64,000 nt of DNA from Parasitella parasitica NRRL 2501 (Eukaryota > Fungi > Mucoromycota): positions 302,060 through 366,059 of the forward strand of contig MU619248.1 of the NCBI GenBank assembly GCA_025201805.1. Reading direction: 5' to 3'. The notes under the pieces are model-generated. The model searched no databases. It was given only the letters and a program-made list of their open reading frames with translations, and was not told the origin of the DNA. Below, piece by piece: positions 54,569 through 64,000 of the stretch. A program made the translations under genes and the position numbers. Position 1 is the first letter of the stretch, and every line of letters starts with the position of its first letter.

Positions 54569-55234
54569 AAAGTTTCTGAAACAATTTCAAAAAAAAATAC
54601 ATATGTTTATGTAGAAACTGTTTATTAGTATAAAAAAATTAAAATACTACGCATATGTGGTAAATTTTGTATTTTGATAAATTACTTTAAGTGGAGGGGG
54701 GGGGGAGATTTTTGGGGCCTTAATTTCTGTTAAAACCATGGAATTCTCAATACATTTTGAATACTGTCATGAATCTATTTAGTAAAGAAATTGGTTTTCA
54801 TTTTCTGTAAACTGCATTTTTCCCTTTTTATCTGAACTGTATGACATACGAAAGCATTTTGAATGAGATCAAGGCTTCCAAGCATTCCTTTAAGATAGGA
54901 CAGAACGAATTGCACGCTCTTAATCAGTTGTAGTTAGTTATATTAAACACAGCTTCAATTTTTGACATGTTGTGGATTGCAATGCTAGTCATCAACAAAA
55001 GTTGTATGGTTTTAAGGCTTCAGATAGGATCTTGGGTGGTTGAGACAATGTTCATAGAAGTCTTTCACCCTCAGCTTCCTAGTCTATCTTCTTTGTAGCC
55101 TTTTTAATAGGTGTTATGGCTATTGTGTAGTTGGTTTAAATCAGTTCGCTATCGTCAATTCACAACCATTGATATTGCTTTTTTCTGGTTCTATTAGCGA
55201 GATGGTATTTTCTGGTGTGGAATCGTGATGTTGT

Positions 55235-55500
55235 CAAGAAATAGATGAATTTGGATTGACTATAATGGAATTTACTTCCTTAGCTCCAAGAGTGAAGCAG
55301 CCGACAAGCGAAAAGAATAAAATAATAAGACAATATAGAAGTACTGTTATCTGCGTAAACACCAAATGCTTCAGTAGAGTCATGAGAAACTGCACAGCTA
55401 TCAAGCGCGATCATAATGGCGCTTTGGATAGTGCTGATTGGATTTTCTTCTATGGTATGATATACATGGTTCACTATCCCTATGTTTTAGGAGAAATTAT
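55235..55500 (+). pseudogene. Probable C-terminal remnant of a Fanzor/TnpB-like RuvC nuclease
   Basis: In one frame: EIDEF ... VICVNTKC ... KRDHNGALD. After a frameshift: IVLIGFSSMV, then LCFRRN. Order and spacing fit RuvC-II Glu, Zn-ribbon Cys pair and RuvC-III (RDxNAAxNI-type) motifs. Confidence 0.55.
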
Positions 55501-55720
55501 AATGTTGATAAGAAGACTTCAAATTATAGTTCCTGTTATGCACCAACAGCCATGCTTCATTATGTACGGTACAGCTTATCCCAAGACCTTTCTGTTCCTG
55601 GAGACCCTAGAACTCCGGTAATAACCGTGACTAATTTGTGAGGTAGAAAACACCACAGCAAACAATTTTTTTCTGTTACGAACAGTTGCGAGATTAAAGA
55701 AAGTTTGATTACATAACATT

Positions 55721-57815
55721 ATGAACAGCGAAGATGAGAATCAGCCCTTAGAAAGCCAAGGTCTTCCTATGAACAAACGCTTCTCTAGCGAACATAATAA
55801 TAATGACGAACAAGAAACTGAAGAGCACTTGTCTAAAAAAGCCAAGCTTGAAGGTAAATGTACACAGTCTTATAAGCAAAAATTCATGTTGTTTATAATA
55901 TTTTCATAAAGTTACAAATGAAGATGATCCTGCGCCAACAGGATCACTTTCCATTAATGATCATGTATTCGATGACTATAATGAAGATTCAGATCAAGAT
56001 TGGGCTTCAGGTGGCGCTACTGGTAGCGATAGTGAGGACAGCCTGATTGACCAAGGTATCTTGTCACACCCTGCATTTCACGTAGAAGACGATAGCTTGG
56101 GCGATGTTGATGTTGAGGGTCCTGAGGATGATGAACAATACCAGCTTTGTAAGTAATATATGATATTGTTTTTGTGTGTTTAATCTTAACATTTGTGCTA
56201 GCATGGGATCCATTCACGGATGAAGAGATGGGAAAGTTACAAGACGAAGCCAGGGAGATGGGATTAATGAAATTTATCGAAAAATATGTCATTGACCAAT
56301 CTGTGCCTATCCCCAAAATGCTGGAAGCATTCAATATATACATGGTAAATCTATAGTTTCATACATTTAGTAAACATCTCTGACATATACAAATTCTACT
56401 TTCAAGCACCCGAAAGCGGCCATGATAGCCACCGATTTAGAGTTACTTCCCATTTTGAAAAGTGTCATCACCCGCTATTTGCGCAAGAGACAAAGATTGG
56501 AATATGTCAACACAATTGACAATGTAGCTCACCTTTTAGGTAAAGCCAACAATATTATGATTGTCACAGGTGCAGGTGTATCTGTTTCTTGCGGTATTCC
56601 AGACTTCAGATCAGAAAAGGGCATTTATTCAAGATTACAAGAATATCAGCTGGATGACCCTCAACAGATGTTCGACATTGAGTACTTTCGCGAGTCGCCT
56701 GAAATCTTTTATTCGTTTGCCAAAGAACTTTATCCTGCCAAATATCAGCCAAGCCCAAGCCATTTATTTGTAAAATTGGTAGAGGAGAAAGGGAAATTGC
56801 TAAGAAATTACACCCAGAATATCGATACTTTGGAACACAAGACGAATATTAAGCGTGTTGTCAATTGCCACGGAAGCTTTGCTACTGCGAGCTGTGTCAC
56901 TTGTGGATATAAGGTCGATGGCAAAGAAATCGAAGATTTCATCATGGCTCAGAAAGTTCCTCCTTGCCCAAAATGTATACAAGCGAAACCCAATCCAGAT
57001 CAAAGTGATTCAGATGAAGATGACAATGGTCATAGCAATAAAGGTGTATCTATCATGAAACCAGTACGTATATTTTATGATTTTGATGCAATCGACTTAT
57101 AATTCTCGGTAGGACATCACATTTTTTGGCGAACGACTTCCAGCAGAATTCGACAATTTACTAGCTGTAGATACAGAACAAGTGGATCTGTTAATTGTAA
57201 TGGGTTCTTCACTCAAAGTATCGCCTGTATCAGAAATCATGTCTCAAATACCTCACAGTGTACCTCAAATTCTTATTAACCGTACCCCAATTACACATAT
57301 GACCTTTGATATCCAATTGCTCGGTGATAGTGATGTAATTGTTCCTGAATTATGCCGTATGCTGAATTGGGATTTAAGACATCCCAAGTTACCAGGTGGA
57401 GGAGCCTTAAGCGATGAAAGTATCCGACTGAGTCGAGAAGGAGATGGTGATTTACTAGAAATTGTTGATGAGGAAACTAAACAAATCAAACATACCGAAC
57501 ATAAGATTTGGAAATATGTGAAAGACGGCCTTTATACCTTCCCTGGTGCTGTACTTGACCCGAAATATATTAAAAATGAAAGGTATGATGTGTATTTTAG
57601 CTTTGTCATATGGGTACTAATAAAACATGATATACAGATGTGACGAAAGAGGAAGCTTGGGTAGTGAAAGCGATGTGAGTGACGAAGAAGAAAATCAGCC
57701 AAAGAACTTCGACTTAAATGATCCTCCTGTTATTCATAACATTGCTGAAGATACTGGAAATATTGAGAAGAATGAGCAAGAAAAAAATGAGTCCAATACT
57801 ATCAACAAAAATTAG
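55721..57815 (+). CDS. SIR2: NAD-dependent deacetylase, Sir2/SIRT1 class
   Basis: TGAGVSVSCGIPDFRS, DDPQQMFDIEYF, YTQNIDTLE, CHGSFATASCVTC...CPKC, MKP|DITFFGE, GSSLKVSPV, ILINR. Confidence 0.95.
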
Positions 57816-58392
57816 AAATGAGCATGTATATAACCCTTTTCAAAAATAAAATTTTTTTTACTGCTAGCTTAAATCTATATATTTATTCATATTTGTAAAT
57901 TTAATGTGATAGTATTCAATTTGCAATGAGGTGCCATCTGTTACACTTCATACCTCCATATTTCCGGAGAATTCCGTTGCATCTCATAAAAGAATTATTA
58001 TCTTGCTCAAGCAATTGTCGTGTGCAGAGATGTGTTAGTTTTGTGTTGTTTCGATAAGTGTAAATAAAGTATAAAGTAAGAGATGAAAGATAGACGATGT
58101 TTATTCTTTTGTATTTCAATTGATATTTATAATAACGAAAAGTGTCAAACTCAAAGTCTGTGTGTACCTGACACAATCAAGAACTCAATTTTCTAACAAT
58201 CCAAAATAAAAAAGGTTTTTTCTATTCAGATAGTACCATCATGGCATGATTTCGCCAATGTCCCTATCTATGTTCGTCTTTATTGGTGACTTTATCATCA
58301 TTTTAACACCTCATCTGTACTTTAAATTAGGCATCACGGTCTTTCGAATGTGCAGCCGGGGAGCAAAGGGCTCCCTTCGCGAAAATAATGTA

Positions 58393-59257
58393 CAGTGAGC
58401 CAAAAACCTTAATTGTAAAAGATTTTAAAACTTGATGTAGTTCCAAATGAAAAGAATTCTTACAATTTTCCTCTTATTTTACTACATGGACTGCTACTAT
58501 TGTCCATCCTCTGCAGCTCTAATAGCAGCTAAATTTAGAAAATTTTGATGTTGATGTCCAAGAAGCAAACAATTTTACAAAAACTTGGCAAAGGCTGCCG
58601 ATCGTTTTAGCATTCAACATCAGAGCACCTCATTCATATCCGGTAAGAGTCAATAGCATAAGTGTTGAGATCTGCAAGATCGAAATAAGAAAAGTATAAT
58701 ATAAAATGTTGAATTAACGAGATACGAAAACTTGAGATTACTTTATTAAAGATTCAACTTTGCATCTGCTATTTATACTTTTTACAACAACATAAATTTT
58801 TGGGGACTTATTTAAAATACTAGTCGATACTAATCGATAAGAATAATTTGCAAGCAACATCATATCCTTAACAGGGTACGATATATTATTATACTACAAG
58901 GTTATTGATCTTTGATCTGACAGTACCTTATTGTTTGTCAATCATACAGATCTGTGCGTGTTACAGATAACCTTCCTGATTTGAAACAAAGACTTTATTC
59001 TCCTGTTTCGACCAGTATAAAAATACATCATTGGACAATCTCCAATCTTTAATTGAAGTACACTATCATGATCTCCTAACCTACATTATGGCAGATCAAT
59101 TAGAAATAATCATGATCCTCAAATATTACAATCCTGCCCAAAACCATAGTATCAATTTTAATACAAACATATCGAAATCTCAACTACAATACAAGTGAGA
59201 GAATGTTGTCAACAAAAATCATTCTTCAAATAAGCTGTAAAATAAGCATTCTCACTG
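58393..59257. mobile_element. Tc1-like non-autonomous element with TA TSD, interrupted by a solo LTR
   Basis: TA|CAGTGAG at 58391-58399 and CTCACTG|TA at 59251-59259, with further partial TIR similarity (CTTA.TT.TA). No transposase visible. Confidence 0.55.
58663..59098 (-). mobile_element. Solo LTR (436 bp), diverged member of the 2651-3058 family
   Basis: TGTTGAGAT...GGCAGATCA termini. Flanks ATAAG/ATTAG (5-bp TSD with one mismatch). Shared blocks TTAACGAGATACGAAAACTT, TGCATCTGCTATTTATACTTTTTACA, CATTGGACAATCT.CAATCTTTAATTGAAGTACA. Confidence 0.88.
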
Positions 59258-59419
59258 TAGTAAGGCAATTTTACAAGTAGAAGTATAAATACAAGCTCTC
59301 TTAAAGAGCATGTATGTTTTCTTCAGTTTTTCTTTTAATCAAAAATAAAGATGGAAAGACCTATAATTGTATTTCTCTGGCTTTATTTTTTACTTTTTTT
59401 TATTTTCACATAAAATCGA

Positions 59420-60216
59420 TCCCAATTTTATTGCACGCAGTACTAAAGCCGATCAACCGTTGGATCACTGGTGTATGGATCTAGGTGATATGGGTGTTAC
59501 TAGTTCTTTTGGCAATAACTTTCTGAGTTTGTCCTCAATGATTACTTTACAAGGTTTACTGTGATCAGATGTATCCCGGATAAACATGCGACTACAATTG
59601 CTAGAGAGATGTTACAGATTTTCAGCTTATTTGGTTGGCCTAAGCAGCTTACTTCTGATCGAGGTGCTGAATGGGTTAACGAAGTTGTTAATGCTATGAT
59701 GGAAGTCAGTGGCATTGATAAGCGTCTGTCACTTAGTTACAATCCTCTTGGCAACAGTACTAGTGAATCATTCATTAAGCTGACAAACTAACTACTACAA
59801 TCAAATTGCTTAATAAGGGTAAACGTGATCAATGGGAACACTATATACCATGGGTTAACTATTGTATCAATGTAAAATATTCCAGATTGCACAAATCTCG
59901 TCCTTACACGCTTTTGTTCAATCGACAACCTAATGGTCTCGCAGACTATTCAAAGATAAAACCTACTGCAAGTTCGGAGAAAGCTGATAATAAGATCATA
60001 AACGAACGCTATCAGTTTGTACAAGATTTTCTTATACCGGCTATTTCTAAACGTATAGTAGAGACTCAAAATGCTGATCATGCTTATTTTGCAAAGAAAC
60101 ATAAAATGGTCAATACTCCCTACCCAATAGGTAGCAAGGTTATGATCAAGAATGTGCATCGTCAAAATAAGTTAGATGAACGGTATGAGGGTCCATATCT
60201 AATCCATAATATAACT
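59420..60216 (+). pseudogene. Ty3/gypsy integrase fragment (frameshifted, truncated)
   Basis: PLDHWCMDL, DYFTRF, FSLFGWPKQLTSDRGAEW, YNPLGNSTSES (D-D-E core), GPY/F motif KLDERYEGPY. Cut off by the LTR at 60217. Confidence 0.9.
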
Positions 60217-61652
60217 TGATCTGCCATAATTAAAGATAGGAGATCATGGCAATGTACTTCAATTGAAGATTGAAGATTGTCCAATGATGTGATGTGATAC
60301 GCTTGTGTAAATTGGAGAATAAAGTCTCTGTTTCAAATCAAGAAGGTTATTCCTGTAAGTAACACAGATCTGAGCACCAGGATAAAGGTTAAGGCACTGT
60401 CAGATCAAAGACGTGTAGCCCTTGTTGTATAATCTTACATTGTACCCTGTCAAGTAAATTGTCACCATGAATTAGTCTTGTCAATTAGTAATGTGAAATA
60501 CATTCTTCACTATGATGATCTGCATTCCAGTTCTAGATTCATCCAGTTACCTTAAATTGATATAAACTATCTACATGTGCGCACAGATAATAAGATGTGC
60601 AATACAGATTTATACTATATAAGATATAAGCTAGAGACGGCACCATTAGGATGGATGACGCTATAGACTGATACTTAATGTCTCGACACGAGCCTTAGAC
60701 ATTTACTAGATTTAGTATATGCTACGAGCTTATGCTATATAAGATCTATGCTTCAGATACGTATCCCCAGTTTCCAGATACGCACTACAAGACATATACT
60801 TATATCCATGATACTAGCTACAGATACATCATGCACTACAGACTTGTACAATATGTGCAATGCTATAGATATGCTTATGACATGCTATAGACGTGCTACA
60901 TATACCGATATATGCTAAGATAAATACCAAGTGATATACACTCAGACATGTACTATTAATATAGACTGGATAAGACTATACAAGGAATGATATACGCTTA
61001 TGGATCGATATTAATAATCTTCGCATAGAAGATTGATCAGGACACTAGCTCGGGTAAAGTCTATCTCCTCACTCAAATAGATTTGAGTTATCTTGAGTCT
61101 GCTGATATATGTTGGTTAGCACAAAGTTAAGATGCTAGTTACGCAGTATTGTCGTACATGTTAAATTGCGAGAATAGAACATTTATCCACAGTAAATAAG
61201 TATATGAAGATTTATCTACCTGGCCAGTAGATGAACTGGAGCTTTATACACCTGTCGATTCGATAATAAAACCTATACCTTTATCAAGTTGACTTCATTG
61301 TTTTTTTATTATAATTTTTTCCGTGAATCTTTATAACAATTTATACCGATTCCACAAGTATGATGTATCCTACTCTCTTCTGTGGTATTCCAACTGAGCA
61401 TATTAAGATTTCTTAAAAGATCAGAAGTATATTTTCGGCCCGGAATGTTTATCCCGTAACTCGATAACTTTTTATTTAAGCAGTGATTTTTGCTTTTTAA
61501 GCCCTGGGACTGTGAACTAACTTGCTAAAACTACCTAATCATTTTACATAAGTCATATAAACAGCAGATGCAATCTTGATCTTAAAATAAAGTATCTTTA
61601 AGTTTTCGTATCTCGTTAAAATTTTGTTTTTATTATCTTTTTTGATCCAACA
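60217..61652 (+). mobile_element. LTR of the 2651-3058 family split by a ~1.06-kb insertion
   Basis: 60217-~60491 closely matches the 5' part of the reverse complement of 2651-3058 (TGATCTGCCATAATT...). ~61549-61652 matches its 3' part (...ATCCAACA). The flanks TAACT/GTTCT are not a TSD. Confidence 0.88.
60492..61548 (+). mobile_element. Nested non-coding insertion, probably a long solo LTR of a second family
   Basis: TGTGAAAT...ATTTTACA (7/8 inverted termini, TG..CA), decayed short tandem motifs (ctatagac, agatatgct) in the 5' half, TATA-like sequence at ~61200 and AATAAA at ~61266. No clean 5-bp TSD, so boundaries are uncertain. Confidence 0.55.
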
Positions 61653-63455
61653 GTTCTGTATTCCCTGAATATTTTGTGCCTGGATCATAATTTTGTTCTG
61701 GAGACACCATGTCCATACTTCTGTAGCCAGTTCCAGTAGAGGAAGAGAGCGGGTTTCACCCTGCTTGCTGATGTAGGAGAGGCTGGTCGTGTTGTCAGTC
61801 CTGATGAAAACCGTGGAGTTCGGTGGACGAGAAAAAGTCTTGAGAGCTAGTCGAGCTGCTTTGAGCTACCTCCAATTGATCGATTGAGTCGCTTCCTTTG
61901 ATGTCCAGTATACCCGTGAGCCCGATGATGGTTCCATGAGCGACCCCATCCCGTTTTGCTGGCGTCCACAAACATTGTTTGATTGGGAGTTGGAGGGAAT
62001 ATCGAACGACCATTTCACTTGCAAACGTTGCCGTACGACTATTGCAGTTCCTTCAAACTCGCTTGATCAAGAGATCCAGGACGATTCCAATCCAGATCTG
62101 ATTTCACTGTTTGATTCTTGTAATACAAAAGGTGGCGAATGTACAAGTGAGCTGGGAAGATTGCAAATGTCGCTGGTTGTATCCGCATTGTCAAGCTGTG
62201 TATGATCCGGGGAGATTGACGATGGGGTTTGTTCATTACCTGTTTGATCGAACGCCGAATATCACTCAGTTTGTTTGCCGGAAGTAGGGCTGTCATGGAC
62301 TGGGTATTCAGTACAAAGCCTAGATGTTCCAATTGTTGAGTGGGAGCGAGAACTGATTTATTGAAGTTAATGATCCATCCAAGATCCTGTAGGAAAGCTA
62401 CCACTTGGCAAGCCTGAGTCATTGCCTGCTGTTTGGGGTTGGCGATTAAATGCCAGTCGTTTAAGTATGCCGAAATCCTGAAACCGAGCGAGCGCAAGTG
62501 CTCCAAGATGGGCCTGCAGACTTTGGTAAACACAAAGGGACTAGAAGCCCAGCCAAGGGCGGTTGTGCAGTACTAGTGCACCTGATTCCGCCATTTCAGG
62601 CGTAAGAAACGTCGTGACTCTGGGTAGAGACCTATGTGTAGAAAGGCATCGGAAAGGTCAATGGACACTAGGTAATCGTTCGGTTTTATTATGAGTGACA
62701 CTTCCCTGATGGTTTCCATCTTGAAATGAGAAGCTTCCAAGTATTGATTAAGGTTCTTGAGGTTGTCTACCGGACGGACGCCGCCATTCTTCTTCCGAAG
62801 AATGACAAAAATTGAGCTGTAGAAGCCTGGTGTTTGCCGTACCAGCTGAGGAGTCACCTTTTCGATTGCTGATTTGGCCAAGTGTATAGCTTCATCGATA
62901 AGGGTAGCTTGTTCGACTGAGAATGGAGCGATCGACGCTGGTTTTGTATGAAAGGGAATGCGATAGCTGTGTTGAACTGTGTTGATAACGAACGAATTGT
63001 TGATGATATCGGTCCATTGATGAAAATGCTTGCTGAGTCAACCGCCTACTGGGTCGGCTGTTGTTGCTGTTGGTGTAGGTGTTGTGATTACTAACAAAAG
63101 GGATTGTCTTTCTTCCTGTTGTTGTTACGTTTGCTGCTGCGATTGCTGAAGGTGTTATAGTTTTTGTTTTTGAAACGACCCTACTGCGAGGGTGGACCAG
63201 GCCAAAAAAACTGCTGATCCGTAAAAGAACCCAAGACTGAGAGTTGCCATTGTTAGCATGGCGACGTTGACGTTTATTAATAGTCGCCTCACGAGTAGCC
63301 TTGCGCGCAGCCGTTTTTTGAAGCAATGCTTTCCGAAATTCAACAAGAGAAAGAGTGTATTTAATCTCATTACCTGATTTCAATGTAAAAGAAGGATCGA
63401 TAGCACGAAGAGCAATGTTGTCACGAGAATGCGTGATAGAGGCTCTTACATCATG
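61653..63455 (-). mobile_element. DIRS-type (tyrosine-recombinase class) retrotransposon remnant: gag end, RT and partial RNase H
   Basis: PVGG-stop-L..HFHQW...YRIPF, GFYSSIFVI..K.GGVRPVDNLK.LN, HFKMET, IDLSDAFLHI, SSPFVFTK, AYLNDW (YLDD decayed), LEHLGF, RNase H motifs FVDAS..GWG and RTDNTT...KQG. Stops and frameshifts present. Confidence 0.9.
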
Positions 63456-64000
63456 TTGATTTATCAGAATGAGAAATTATTCAAATAAAACGGTTGTGAA
63501 TTAATCAGGTAAAGATCTCGTTTATTACATGGAAAAAGTGATGGTTCTTTATATACTAGTGAGTCTAATTGGACTGATGGGAGGATAAGATACAAGTGTG
63601 GGACATGGTGTGATTTAGAGAATGGAACGATAGATTGTATCTATTGTCCATGAACATGTCATGTTGAATTATAAATAAGGAACATGATCCACTGGGATAT
63701 GTTCCTAGAATGTGTTCGGGATTGGGTTTACTTGAGTTTGACTTTCGATTGGGAAATTGACACATCACAGATCATCATAGTGAATGCATTGCAAAGTGCA
63801 TAATATTTTTATTATTTTTGTTTTTCTCATAAAAATACGATTAATTTGGCTAAGTCAACACCAAAATTCTAAAAACAAAAAAACAGGGTTTCCCCCAGTT
63901 TTGATGTTAGGCGGAACTTGAAATTCGACCAAAAATAGAAATTGGTAGAATTTCAATGAATACCCCCCCTCAATAGCCGAAAAATGCCTTACCACACTTC

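Noticed and set aside
60560-60990. CRISPR-like or retrozyme reading of the repetitive tract
   Set aside because: The repeats are short and irregular with no constant repeat-spacer period, no hammerhead core was seen on either strand, and the context is eukaryotic LTR DNA.
59420-61652. Reading the integrase plus the following LTR as the normal 3' end of one retrotransposon
   Set aside because: The integrase is cut directly after the GPY motif and there is no polypurine tract before the LTR, so the LTR is better explained as a secondary insertion.

Overview
This is eukaryotic fungal DNA. Short GT-AG introns, AT-rich spacers and the gene and transposon repertoire point to an early-diverging fungus, probably Mucorales (inference). 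About 23 mostly intron-containing genes are present: Mcm1/SRF MADS factor (3' part), a small secreted Cys protein missed by the ORF track, ERG20, ATP5/OSCP, a hypothetical protein, a myosin-motor chitin synthase, SART1/Snu66, a TBC RabGAP, ATG15, a Zn2Cys6 factor with polyQ, a C2H2 zinc-finger array, ClpP, IDH1, importin-11/Kap120, Nse4, COQ8, DNM1, HEM3, a TFB1M-like rRNA dimethyltransferase, PalC, an MFS hexose transporter and SIR2. Intergenic DNA carries transposon debris: three copies of one LTR family, Tc1/IS630 and mariner remnants, an inverted dispersed repeat pair, and a nested cluster at 58.4-63.5 kb (Tc1-like non-autonomous element, LTRs, Ty3/gypsy integrase, DIRS-type RT). The most notable signal is a decayed C-terminal fragment resembling a Fanzor/TnpB RuvC nuclease, followed by consecutive hairpins, just upstream of SIR2. 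Also notable are an 11-nt HEM3 microexon next to an intronic G-quadruplex motif and the ClpP and IDH1 stop codons, which are only 14 bp apart. No tRNA, rRNA or CRISPR array was recognised. All calls come from reading the sequence by eye; no searches were run.
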